Part shown: positions 23,580 to 35,554 of the stretch, in pieces
How positions within the stretch are numbered: position 1 is the first letter of the stretch
How the letters are laid out: every line of letters begins with the position of its first letter
Source of the DNA: Psammoneis japonica
Lineage: Eukaryota
Length of the DNA stretch: 64,000 bases
Assembly (NCBI GenBank): GCA_008632985.1
Contig: QPGO01000096.1
Coordinates: 186,001-250,000 of the forward strand
Reading direction: 5' to 3'
The notes under the pieces: model-generated
Told to the model about the DNA's origin: nothing
Seen by the model: only the letters and a program-made list of their open reading frames with translations
Database searches by the model: none
Translations under genes and position numbers: made by a program

Positions 23580-24101
23580 CAACTTAACATGTTCTACACT
23601 TCTGGTTGGGGACGCCCAAACCAGAGCAACCCTGTCAATGGCTCTGATGCCATCAGCGCTCCTCATCAACTGCGCTCCGTGCTCTTGACATCAAGTGCTG
23701 CGACTGACTCCGTCAGCTGAATGGCTGGTTCCGCCAGAAGGTTCATTGTTGATTTTGCACGTCCACCATCTCAGGTCCTGCTCCAGATGCATTCCAGCCC
23801 TGGGTGGGAGCTCGCAGTGCTGACGTGTGACAACAACAATTTTTGTCATCTGTCGCATGTTTCGCACGTAGATTTCTGCATGTGACATTTAAAAAAAATT
23901 GTCCAGACTCACTGTTTTGCGAAGCCCCAGACGTTTTATGTGACAAATTTATAGAAACAACAATGCGCCAGTTACATTCTTCAATGTCTGAAGAATGTAA
24001 CTGGCCAAGTAAAAAATGATGTGCTTCAATCATGTGCGAGTTTGTGCGTTCGCAAAATTGCCTCATTTTCTGTTGGCGATCATTGACACTTTAATTGCCG
24101 T

Positions 24102-26450
24102 GTGATTTTACTGCGGAGCTCGCACGCAGAAGTCTACGGGCCCAATGTCACACGGATTCCCACCTGCGTCTGGAACGCGTCTCCACCCCATGGCCCTCCT
24201 GAGACCCAAGAGAGTTCTCCAAGCTTGCACTCTTTGATTGAGAACGTCCCAGACGATTGGTCTGACTCGATGGCTTCAAGCGCGCTGTCGGACATGGCTG
24301 ACGACCCCGAAGTGTTCGAGGATCAGCCTCCTGAGGATCAACCTCCACCGGGGGATGATCCACCACCTCAGGACCCTGACGACCCAGACAACTGGCCTGT
24401 TCCACCCTTGGAACTTTGCCCGGACGATTCGGATGACGACTCGGACGATGATGATGATGAGCCCGCTGCAGGCTCCGGCATGTCGGAAGATGAGCGTCGC
24501 ACCGTTCAGGCCATGGCTGCCATGGCAGCCGCGGTGATGCCGAAGACGAAAGTCTGCAAACCCAAGGCTCCCAAGATGGGGGGGGTTGTCTCCATTGGCT
24601 CTGCTGAGAAAGTTGCTTGGACCGGTGGGAAACCCAAGGCTGACTGGTCCAGATTGGAAACTCCCAACTCCAGTCCAATGTCACCAAACCAGCATCGCTC
24701 CCACCACGTTTTTTCTGCCCAGAAGAGCAAGGCCCACCGCGTTGCCGGACTTTCAACCAAGTTTGATGAGAAGGGAGATCTTGCAACCTTTGAGAAGAAC
24801 GTGATGAAGCATCTCAAGGACTGCGGTTTGGATGTGGCAACTCACCTGCAGGACCCCGAGGACTCAACTTCTGTGACGTCTTGCGTTGAAGGACATCCTC
24901 GGTGTTCCAAATCGAGCGTCGCCCATCTTGTCGCACCTCAACTCACCAAGTGTGACTCCTGCGATTCATCCAATGACAGGGACACCACTGAGTTTCTCAA
25001 GAACTCCTTGGAGGCTGGCCCAGTCGTGCAGCTGGATCTGGAGATGGAAGAGTCGGATTGCTTTCCGAAAGTCTGGATGGCTCTCGTTGTGATCCTCCAG
25101 AGCACGTCCATCGAATGCTTCAAGCAGCTCGAAAAGCAGCTGGAGGAACTCAAGCCCTCCCAGTTCGCCGGTCAGGATCTCTCCCAGCTCCCACCCAAGT
25201 TCAAGACTGCGGCCCAAGAGTCAGATGTTGCGGGTCAGTGCGACCACAAGCCAATGCTTGCCTTGGTCAACGCTTGCCTGGAAGCTGGCGGGGATGGTGA
25301 AAACGGTCAGCAGTTCAAGCATGCCCTTCGCACTGTCAAAGAGAATTTGAGCGAAGCACTTGTTGAGACAGTGCACAAGTCTAAGATGGACACGAAATGA
25401 CACCTTGCGTCCAAGAACCTCACCTGCTCTCAAGTCATTGGGAAGATCCTGGACCGCTGCCACTTGTTCAAGAACAACATGCAGTGGGATCCTGTCAAGC
25501 ACTCGACAGACTCCAAAGCTGCTCCCAGAGCCTTTGGAAACCCAGTGCTTGATCCCTCAGCCACTTGTCAAACGGTTGGAGTTCCACTCACTCAGGCCCA
25601 GTTCAGTGCTCTCTTCCAGCAGACAACTGCTCCCCACAAGAAGACTCCGGACAACTCTCCGTGCAACAACTGCGGCAAGCTCGGACACTGGGCACGTGAC
25701 TGTCCCAACAAGTCCAACGAGGGTGCTGGAAACAACCAAGGCGGCTCAAACCCTGGGCAAAATGGTGGAGGACAAGGAGGAAGGGGCAGGAACCGCTCTG
25801 GTGGCAACGGCAGTCAAGGTGGCAATGGAGGCAACGGTGACGGTGGCGTCACGTGCAACTGGAAGAAGGTCGCGCCTCGTCCCGGACAACCTGAGTCCAA
25901 GGTTGCTCAATGCAGCATGCATGCAGACAAAAGGTCATTTTTGTCATGCCCTTTGTGACATTTAAAGGCTGCAACACGTCACCGTGACACATTGACTCTC
26001 ATCAGTGGCTGTGTGTTGCACTCCTCCCCATGTGTCACGCGTCCATGCGGCTCTTTACTGATGTGTGCTGACACTGCACGGTTTTGGCGGAACAGTGTGG
26101 GTGTGTGCGAAGGAACACACAGAACTGCACAGAGTTTTGCGCATTCGACAGTGATCAACGTTGCTCCAGACAACTCCCACTCAGGGTTTCGAACCCCTGG
26201 CCTCCTGCCTGATGGTTGCGATGAACCACTCCGCTGTGAATTCATGATGCAGCATGCATGCAGACAAAAGGTCATTTTTGTCACGCCCTTTGTGACATTT
26301 AAAGGCTGTGACACGTCGCCGTGATGCGTTGACTCTTGCCAGCAGCTGTGTGTTGCATCAGGGCAAGACTTGGCACTGGTGTGCCAAGTGCCGTCGTTGG
26401 TCCACCACTCGCGGTGCTGCCAAGCATGGGCAGAAGGATGAGTCACCTCC
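24102..26450 (+). pseudogene. copia gag with zinc knuckle, frameshifted and interrupted by a TRIM-like insert
   Basis: AWTGGKP motif; CNNCGKLGHWARDC (CX2CX4HX4C); GKTWHWCAKCRRWSTT resumes after the insert. Confidence 0.85.
25911..26357. mobile_element. TRIM-like mini-element: 110-bp direct repeats around a 227-bp non-coding core, nested in gag
   Basis: 25911-26020 and 26248-26357 are gap-free direct repeats with TG...CA ends. Flanks TCAA/TCAG form an imperfect 4-bp TSD. Gag reads ESKVAQ|GKTW across the site. Confidence 0.7.
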
Positions 26451-27228
26451 CGTGCCGACTCAGCAGGCCAACACCCTCTTCCTGGATCCTGGAGTGTGGC
26501 ACGCGGAATTCGACTTTGAGCTGGGATTCAAGGATGCACTGCTTGGACCATCTCAGGTTGTGCTCACCTTGATCCACCCTTTTGCATCTCCGCTGCTCTG
26601 TGCTGCCTTGGGACATTGGTGTTCTCAGCTTCCGGCCAACTGGTGGATTGCTGGAGTCGACGCCATGATCTGGTTCATGGCGGTCATTGCGTCGCACATC
26701 TCGTCACATTGGCATCTCTGTCCTTTGCCCGCTGTCTGGTTCCTTCTGCTTCTAGCGGCTGTGTTCTTGCCGTCTGAGTTTGAGCGTGATGCTCGTGCCA
26801 AAGCCCTGCGTGCTCCTCCTCCACCCCCTCCCCCTTGCTGGGCCACACGCCAAGGAACCAAGTTCTCCAAGTGCCGTGAACATTGGGGGCGTCATTGCCT
26901 GCGGGAGCTTCAGCCTTGCTGCGGACGCCGCCACACTCCACCCAGGCACCCCTCTCTCGTTCAACGAGCTCGTGGGGTGCCTGATGTCAAGCAGCGGCAG
27001 CGCAATCAGTTGCACGACCTCAGTGAAGAGGTCAAGGCCTTCGAGCGGTCACTCACCTTCATGCGCGCACGTCCTCTCCTCGGTTGAGAGGGAGAAGCCG
27101 GTCATCCCAAGGGCACCAGACGTTGCAAGAGTGCCGCTCTAAAAAGGGGTCCCGACACTCGTCATCGAGGTTGTCGAAACCTCAATGCACCCACGTGTCA
27201 CCCTGTTGGTTCGAACGCTGCGCACGGT

Positions 27229-30200
27229 TTGACGCGCTCCCAGCTTGACGCCATCTGCTCCCCAGCAGCCAAGGCTTGTCTTGCCAATGCCGACGTCCCG
27301 TCACCTCTACTTTCTGTTGCTGGTGCTCTCAAGGCGGCATTCACAAGTCCCAAGGAGACAAAGGAGGTGGTTAAAGAGCACACCTTCCCGGTCATTTGGG
27401 ACTCAGGAGCAAGCGCATCGGTCTCACCTTGCAAGAACGACTTCGTCGGGCCTCTCGAGAAACCACCTGTCGCTGTCCGGCTCCAAGGTGTTGCAAAGGG
27501 GCTCCATGTGGCAGGTGTTGGACATGTTGCTTGGTCTTTTGTTGATGTTGCTGGGGTGCTTCGGACCCTGAAGGTTCTGGCCCGCTACATCCCCAAGTCC
27601 AAGGCTCGTCTCTTGAGCACGACCAGTCTCTTGCAGACGCACTCGGATGAGTCCATCAAACTGCTGTCGGACCGCACCATCCTCAGTGGATCCAAGAATC
27701 GTGAACAAGGACACACAGGCGAGGTGTTGAAGTGTTGATTGAACCTTCAACTAACCTGCCAGTTGGATGGGCCTGTGCGAATCAAGCAAGTCAACAAATT
27801 TGTGAGGAGTTTCATTTGACGTTGTCGACGATTGTGGAACACAATCACAATGTCTCACCTGCTGAAAAGGAGCCACTGCGCTGGCACTTTCGTCTCGGGC
27901 ATCTGAGCTTCCGAAAGGTGCAATTTTTGATGCACACGGGAGTTCTGTCCCACTCCGAGGGCACCCGTCATTTGCATGAACGTGCTTGTTGCATTGATCG
28001 TCCGCCCCTTTGTGCCGCATGCCAACATGGAAAACAAAAATGCCGTCCCAGCCCCGGAAAGACTTCTCGTGTCGTCAAGGATCGAGCTGGAGCCTTGAAG
28101 AAGGATCAACTGTTCCCCGGTCAACGAGTTTCGGTTGATCATTTTGTTTGTTCCACTCGTGGTCGTCTGAAACACACTTTTGGAAAGGAGAGCATAAAAC
28201 ATCAGCATTCAGGCGGAGCAATCTTTGTGGATCATGCATCTGGTTGTGTCAACGTTCAACATCAAACTCACCTTGACACCCATGAAACTTTGACGGCCAA
28301 GAACGCATTTGAGGCCCATTGTCGTGATCATGGCATCATTCCCCAAGAACATCTGAGCGACAACGGAAAGGCATTCACGTCGGCCAATTTCAGGGTTCAC
28401 TTGGAATCTTTTGCTCAAGTTTCAAAGCATGCCGGTGCAGGAGCTCACCATCACAATGGGGTTTGTGAACGAGCAACACACACCGCGATGTTGATCGCGA
28501 GAAGCATGATGTTGCACACGGCGATCCATTGGCCTGATGTTGCGGACGTCACTCTTTGGCCTTTGGCTGTGGACCATGCTGTCATGCTTTACAATGCGAT
28601 GCCAGACCCATCTGCGGGTCTCAGTCCACAGGATGTGTTCACCCAGACGCGTCATCCTCACTCTCGGTTCCAGGATTGTCATGTTTGGGGGTGCCCTGTT
28701 TGCGTTCTTGACAAAGCCCTCGCCGATGGAAAGAAACTGCCAAAGTGGAAACCCCGCGTGAGTCGGCATGTCTGTGTGGGATTCAGCCCCGAGCATGCCT
28801 CGTCAGTCCCACCAGTCTTGAGTCTTGAAACGGGAGCCATCACTCCACAATTCCATGTCATTTTTGATGATTGGTTTGCAACGGTTCCTGCCAATGCTGG
28901 CTCATCACCTGCCATTGGGTCTCCGGAATGGACGTCTCTTTTCGGAGACAGTGTGCATCAACACACCATGGATGATGAAGAGCAGGCTGATGTCAACATC
29001 CGTCAAGAACACCCAGAATGTGAGCGCCAATCCAAGGAAATCCGCAAAACCGTCACCCGCCGGTCGCCTCCCAAACCCTTGCAGGTCCCTCCTCCGGCTG
29101 CTCAGGCACCAGTGTCTTCTCCCAAGCCCCCTCGAGTCCCACTGTGGAACCCCCGGTCCCTGAGGTGGAGTCTGTGCCTCCATTAGAGTCTCCTGCTGAA
29201 CCCGTGGCTTCAGACTTGCCTCAGAGGGAGAGAGCACCCGCCGCCAACTCAAATGCCCCACCAAGTCCTCAGAGGGAGCCTCCTGCCCCTCAAAGTCTTT
29301 CTTCGGATCTCGGTCAAGAGAGGGAGTCACCACCTGTGGCTCCACCCAGCGCACAACGCCCCTCTCCAACCCCAGTTCGTCGCTCAACCCGGACTCACGC
29401 TGCACCTCAGCGGTTTGGACATGATGGATCTCAGGGACACGGATGCTTGTCCCACTTCATTGATTTCCATCATGCACACAAGTTTGACCACGGTTGCAAC
29501 ACATCCATGACCACTCCTGCCGTGTGCAAGGCGTCGGCGCGTAAAGTCAAGGATCCGGGTGCGCCATCGTGGGACGAGGCCATGCGCTCTTCCGATTGCG
29601 ACAAGTGGTTGAAAGCGGCTGAGATCGAGATTGCAGCACTTGTCCATCAAGGAACGTGGATCGAGGCACCCATGTCCAATGCTCAAACCAAGATCCTTCC
29701 CGGCACTTGGGCATTTTGTCGCAAGTGATCACCTTCAGGCGAGATCAAGAAATGCAAGGCTCGCCACTGTTGTCGCGGCGATCTGCAGGAAGGAAGTCTG
29801 TTTGACACTTGTGCACCGGTTGCAGCCTGGAGCACGGTTCGAGTGTTTTTGGTGTTGAGTCTTGTTCTTGGATGGCACACGGCATCCGCCAATTTCCAGT
29901 CTGCATTCGTTCAAGCAGCACTTCCCGCAGAAGAACCAGTTTGGGTTCATCTTCCACGAGGTTTCAGCTCGACGAAAGGACCCAAGACTTGTCCCAAGCT
30001 CGTCAAGAGTCTCTGTGGACTCTCTTTGGCTCCAAAGTTGTGGCACGAACATTGTCCACAAGCCTTCTTGGACTTGGGTTTCATCCAAAGCGAGTGCGAC
30101 CAATGTCTCCTGCTTTGCCATGATTGCATGGTCTGCCTGCATGTCGACGATTGCGGGATCAGTGCAGCGCAGGAGTCCACCATTGATCAGCTGACATTTC

Positions 30201-31129
30201 AGCCACGCGAGAAAGGATTTGATTTGACAAAGGAGGGCAGTTTTACCAAGTTCTTGGGTGTCAAGTTCGAAAGGAGAGACGATGGTGCCATCAAGTTGAT
30301 GCAGAAAGGGTTGATTGACAAGATCCTGTCAGCAACCGGCTTGGTTGACAGCAAACCAAACTTGCTCCCTGCGGCGTCCCAAGCCCTCGGCACTGATGCG
30401 GACGGAGATCCCATGCAGGAGGAATGGAGCTGTCCCTCCATCGTTGGAATGCTCCCATGCTTGTCCACCAATGCCCATCCTGACATTTCCCTCGCCATCA
30501 GTCAGGTTGCATGCTTTGGTTCCAACCCGAAACAGTCGCGCTCAACCGCCGTCAAGACTCTGGTCCGCCACTTGAAAAGGATGCATGATCAGGGGATGCT
30601 GCCATCTCCAACCGGTTGTTTGGATCTTGATTTGTGGGTTGATGCCAATTTTGCTGGTCTCTGTCGCTGCGAAGCGGACTCTGATCCGAATTCTGTGAGG
30701 TCATGCACCGGACACATCACAACTCTCAGTGGATGTCCTTTGGTGTGGAAATCGCAGCTCCAGTCGGCTGTTTCCTGCTCCACCCTCAAAGCTGAGCATC
30801 AAGCCGCCTCCCATGCTCTTTGGACTCTCCCACCTTTGAAGAACCTGCTCCTTGAGATCGTCTTTACCTCAGACATCTCCCAAGATCTCAGGACTTCGGT
30901 TCGTGCGCGCATGTTCGAAGACAATCAAGGTGCTTGCCACCTGGCTGCCAACCACCGCATCACCAATCACACCAAGCATTTTCTCGTCAAGTGGCATTGG
31001 TTCTGGTCGCATTGTGATGAGTTTGGTGCAATTAAGGTGGAATCGGCCGAGCAACTCGCCGATTGTCTTGCCAAGCCTTTGACTCGAGAGCTCTTCCAGA
31101 ACAACCGGTTGAAGGTCCAAGGGTGGCAG
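27229..31129 (+). pseudogene. copia pol (protease, integrase, RT, RNase H) with frameshifts and systematic Tyr->Cys/His
   Basis: PR: VIWDSGAS. Pre-integrase: WHFRLGHLSF. IN: VSVDHF, SDNGKAF, HHNGVCER, WGCPVCVL. RT: KCKARHC, KSLCGL, CLHVDD. RH: WVDANFAG, FEDNQGA, QLADCLAKPL. Confidence 0.95.
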
Positions 31130-31266
31130 CACTTTGGAAGCATCGCTTCCTTCATTTGTTGTGTGTTGTGGCTCGGTCAAGATGTGGGAGCTGTGCTCTG
31201 AACTTGCACCAATTGTGTGAGCTTTCTCGTTTGCGATTTTCTTGTTGGTTGCTGGAATCTGTGAAT

Positions 31267-31275
31267 GAGAGGGAG
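31267..31275 (+). promoter_or_regulatory. Polypurine tract
   Basis: GAGAGGGAG directly abuts the 3' LTR. Confidence 0.8.
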
Positions 31276-31747
31276 AGTCGTGGTTCATCTGTCCACCGAC
31301 CCAGATTCTCTGTTGTGTCTGTACTTCCGTCAGTCGGAATTCTTGTTGAAATTCTTTTCGCGCCACGTCGACTCGATTCTCAAGCCGAATGCTTTGGGGA
31401 TCATAGGCGGTGCTTTGGAGATCATAGGCTTTGCACAGATGTTGGACCAACCATAGATTGGTTCAGCAGCATTTGGATGATTGTTGTGAATGTGGTTAAC
31501 CCTGAAGTTTGCACTGGTCTCTAGCACAAACCTACGGATCAACCTCTGTTTGGGTGCATTCAGCAGATTCAGTCTAGGCAGCTTACAATTTGGTCACCAG
31601 CACTTTTGTGAAAGACTAAATGCTCGTTACTACTCGTTAGTAGATTCTATCTACTTGCATTCTGTCTGAGGTGTCGATCTGGAGTGGACATCCAATCGAC
31701 ACGTTAGGAAGGCACTCGGAGCTTGCGCGGACACGCGAGCTTCGACT
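31276..31747 (+). repeat. 3' LTR (AGTCG...CGACT); retains many more TpA than the 5' LTR
   Basis: Aligns without gaps to 23087-23558. Confidence 0.95.
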
Positions 31748-32634
31748 CCGTCGTATCAGTGACATGATATGGTAAGTCTTCACTCGTAGGGAGTGTTGAT
31801 TTAGAACGCGGTTGACTCGCAAGTTTACTTGTCGTCTCCGTAGTACGTCCCCCCTTTTTCTTTTTTTGGGATGGTGATCCACCCCGAAAATAGGAAAAAG
31901 CTTGAGCTCCATCTTTTGATGGCGCTCTTGAGGCAACGTTACCCTGCGCTACCGATTTCTACATCAACTTTTGACATTGGTGTGTCTCAAATTTTTGAAA
32001 CACCCTTTGAAACCTTCACAATAGAAGTAGAAAGACTCTAAAAGTACACTGCAGCAATCTTTATTTTCGTGTAATTCATTCCGTACGTATGTCAAATGGA
32101 CTGCGATGACGGTCGTAGCGCTTGCGATGTCGTTGCGTACTTCCTTGCCTCTAGAGTAGAGTCCACGCCGGGTTATTCGTTACGGTATGCCCCGTCGTCG
32201 ACACATGCTGGACTATTTCGGCTCTGCTTGCCTGCTTGCCACAACATTCAACAACTTGAACAGAAGAGTAGCGACTTGAACAGAAGAGCAGCAAAAGATG
32301 GTAAACGATAAAGGATACAGTATTTCGTTATTGAGCATTAACATCGCTAGTTTCGAATTTCGATTCCTTCATCATACCGGTAGATCCATCAACGACCGAT
32401 ATAGCTTCTCCTTCTTCATGCTGCGCTTGAAGAGAACCGTCGTCACTACACTTGCACAACATACCACAAGCCCACTTGCGAGCGCCGCCCCTGCACTATC
32501 GCGTCCCCTACGATATACTCCTCCTCCGCCAGCGTTGTCGTTGGCGATGTCCCTTTCATTCTTTTAGCCTACGAACTCTCTAGAGCCCAACTCTCAACTC
32601 CTGGTGCCATTGTATTCAAGCTCTCTCACTACCA

Positions 32635-33745
32635 TCAACTCCTGGTGTTTTGATTCTGCGCCGCAATCAAACGAGCTGCTCGCATGTCTTCACGAACCTG
32701 ACGACAACGGTGACCGGCATCACTCTCAAAGACCCCCAAAGCCACTGGCATCCAGTCGTCGAAACTAGCTATGCGTCGGTCGTGAGAAGGGTGAGTCGAA
32801 ATGAATTCTGGAGGCTGCGCTCCCTTTGCCCCCTCTTTCATCGCTCTGGATATACCGACATTGGAAGAATAGAGGCAGTAAGCAGAGGAGCAACGCACAA
32901 GATAGCACAAATACCACTGTACGAAAGCAAACAACTTACGCAAAAACACGTTTGGCAGCACGTGGATCATAGCAAGCCTGAGCAGCCAAGAATATTCCAA
33001 TTTGATCCGCCTCGGTTTCAGCTTGTCTAGAATTAGGAAGCTCTTGCAGCAACTGAGCTGCCGGGAGAAGTATGGACGACAATACCCCTGAAGGATCCAC
33101 TAAGAACAACAACCGAGCAGCGATATTGACAACAATGGAGCCGCTCATTTTTTCGCCAGCATGGCGCGCAATTCCATGAGCTAATTCATGTCCCAACACA
33201 GCGGCCAACTCATCTTCGTCTCGAACGTATTGGAAAAGGCCCGTCATGACAAACACATGGTTGTTGGGCAGAACAAAGGCATTGACCATGTCGGAACGCA
33301 CAACTGTGAAAGTATACGGAGAAGCCGAAAGACTTGCAGTAGGGTGGGATTGAGCAAAGACTCGAGTAGCTCCAATGAGACGTTGGCCGACTCGCTGAAC
33401 CGTCTGACTAGCAGGGTGCTGCGGCGGCAAAATAGCTCCACGAAACTGCTGAAGGAGCTTCTTGTACTCCTGATCTCCCAATTGCCGTTCAAAAGCAGGT
33501 GACGTTGCTATCCAACGCTTTCGGTCTGTAAGGGGGGCTTCCTCCAGAAAGGCATAGTATCCATACACCAACGTCCCAGTCACACCCACAGCGGGTAACC
33601 AAACATATGCGGGCAGCGAAGAAGATGTGCTACTACCTCGACCGCTGCTCTGCCGGGAACTCGACAGAAAAGAGGACGGTAAGCGGCTTCGACGCTGAGA
33701 AGAAAACAAACGGCGACTGCTGCCATACATCATGGTGAATGCCAA
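32635..33745 (-). CDS. OMA1: OMA1-like mitochondrial metallopeptidase (peptidase M48), two exons
   Basis: NAFVLP, ELAAVLGHELAH, SRQAETEADQIG and PEFISTHPS motifs. A GTAAG...CAG intron at 32939-32846 joins the two ORFs in frame. Arg/Ser-rich N-terminus. Confidence 0.85.
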
Positions 33746-34323
33746 AGATATACCGTACTGTATCTAACGAAGTAAAAAGTATCGCGGTCTCATATCCACC
33801 CACCGTGAGAGGTCGGACTGTTCAGTTGCCTGCCTAATCCATTGTCCTCAACTTTAACAGCAGCAAGACTTCGGCTTCCGCCGAGGAACGTGTGCAGACG
33901 GCGAATCATGATGAGACGATACACTTCAACAGAGCGATTTTTAGGTATCTAAATAGCTGCGTTTGCCAAAGATTCCATGGAATCTTTTTTATGTTGATCC
34001 TCAGCGCACACCTATTCCCGCCAATGGAATCTTTGATCGTGGTGTCAAGTCGACTTCAAACAAGTTGCGGCTGCAAAGGACGACGGGCTAGAGTTCGAGT
34101 CCTTGCAACTATCAAAACGAAGTCAAAGCTACTGTTGCAACAAAGCAATGACAAAAAAGGCGCCAAATTCAAAGTGGTATTCTCTTTCTCTAGAGGCTAC
34201 AGAAGGTTGTTTTCGGCCTGAGCACACTGGCTATCAACCTTCCGCCATTTCGTATTGAATACAAAGAGCGCAATAGTTTTGATTTTGCATATCTTGTTTT
34301 ATATTCAAGTCATGAGCACCATT

Positions 34324-35554
34324 TCACTTCAAGAAAAAGTACGCGCCACAGGCCAAACCAATAGCACCCTGTACTAGAGCCGCCACCGCGTGCCCCCCTG
34401 CACCGTCGCCTCCGCCACTTACCATGGCAAATGTCTCGACTATAGCTCTTACCGAAAAGAGTATAGTTCCCGCCATGGCTGCTTGTTTGACGAGATCGCC
34501 GCTTACAAGCCTCATCATGGGATCAGCGTCCATGGCTTCTTTTGCCTTTTTCAAGTCGGCCACAGCTCGTTCCACCTCTTGCGTCTCTTTGTTTACGTTT
34601 TCGAGAACTTTTTGCATTGACTCTTGCGCTTGTTGCATTCTTATTTCATTCTCCTTTTCTGTTGCCATGCGCTCCTGAGATGACTTTTCCGCGCTGGCTT
34701 TGGCTAATTCAGACTGTACATCACAAGTAAAGGAGTAAAACAAAAAAGTTGTGAGGATAAACGCAGCAGCGCAATCACCATACTGGCACATTCGTTACCT
34801 GTTCTTTACGAATTTCATCTAGACCCTGCAAAAGCTCTTCGTTGGCCTTGTCAAAGACCCCTCTAATTTCAGCCATCATGTCTTCATCATCCAGTATATT
34901 TTCAGAGAGCGAGGAGATCTGTTCCGGTGTCTTGTCCTTAGCTTCCTTCATCGCTTGTTCCAAAGCGGCATTCATAAAATCCTCCATGTTGTTCCCTTTG
35001 TCAATTGTGCTAATGGGTGGAGTAGTTGCAATTTCCTCTGAAACCGATTTGGGAGATTGCTTTACAGTCCCGCCCATGTCCTGCAAAACCTCGGAATACA
35101 GCGCTTCTCCCTGTTCGTCGCCCTGAAGATCTTGATATAATTCAGTATATCGTTTGATTTCCTCCTCCGGCGCTACATTTGGTGCCTTTCCTTTTAAATC
35201 TTCCTTATCAACGCTTCCCTCAATGTCTTTGCGAAGCTCGTCGTCCTTCAATGGACTATCATCATCAAGATCACCCAAGGAATCCAACGCATCCAGTTCT
35301 CGAAAGGCTTGCTCCATGCCCTTGTCGACGTCTTCATCCTTTTCTTTTGCAGACAGAAACCAGCTTCTGATGGAAGTATTTTTTCTTAATGCATGTTTCG
35401 GTAATCTTTTGACCACCTGAGACTTTACAGCATAAGAAGGAGCACGCCCTCGAGATGACGAAAACGCAAAGGCGGCCGTCACTGTTGAAAGATGAAGCAG
35501 AAGAGACAGAACAAGCACATTGATGGGGGTAGTATTTCTGCTTGAATCACTCAT
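34324..35554 (-). CDS. Unknown, probably plastid-targeted coiled-coil protein with two C-terminal hydrophobic helices; two exons
   Basis: Signal peptide ending TVTAAF. A GTAAC...CAG intron at 34798-34714 joins KEQ|SEL in frame. Confidence 0.75.

Larger units (their letters stand above)
23087..31747 (+). mobile_element. Full-length Ty1/copia (CoDi-like) LTR retrotransposon, 8661 bp, inactivated
   Basis: Two 472-bp LTRs. 5-bp TSD CCGTC at 23082-23086 and 31748-31752. Domain order gag-PR-IN-RT-RH. PPT immediately before the 3' LTR. Confidence 0.95.

Noticed and set aside
6642..31129. Alternative genetic code or RNA editing to explain Cys/His at Tyr positions
   Set aside because: Neighbouring host genes use TAY for Tyr normally. 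The same changes affect non-coding LTRs and the TSD, and they occur on both strands.
23087..31747. Classical fungal RIP (CpA->TpA) as the cause of LTR differences
   Set aside because: The direction is opposite. Conserved Tyr codons are lost and the repeats are TA-poor, not TA-rich.
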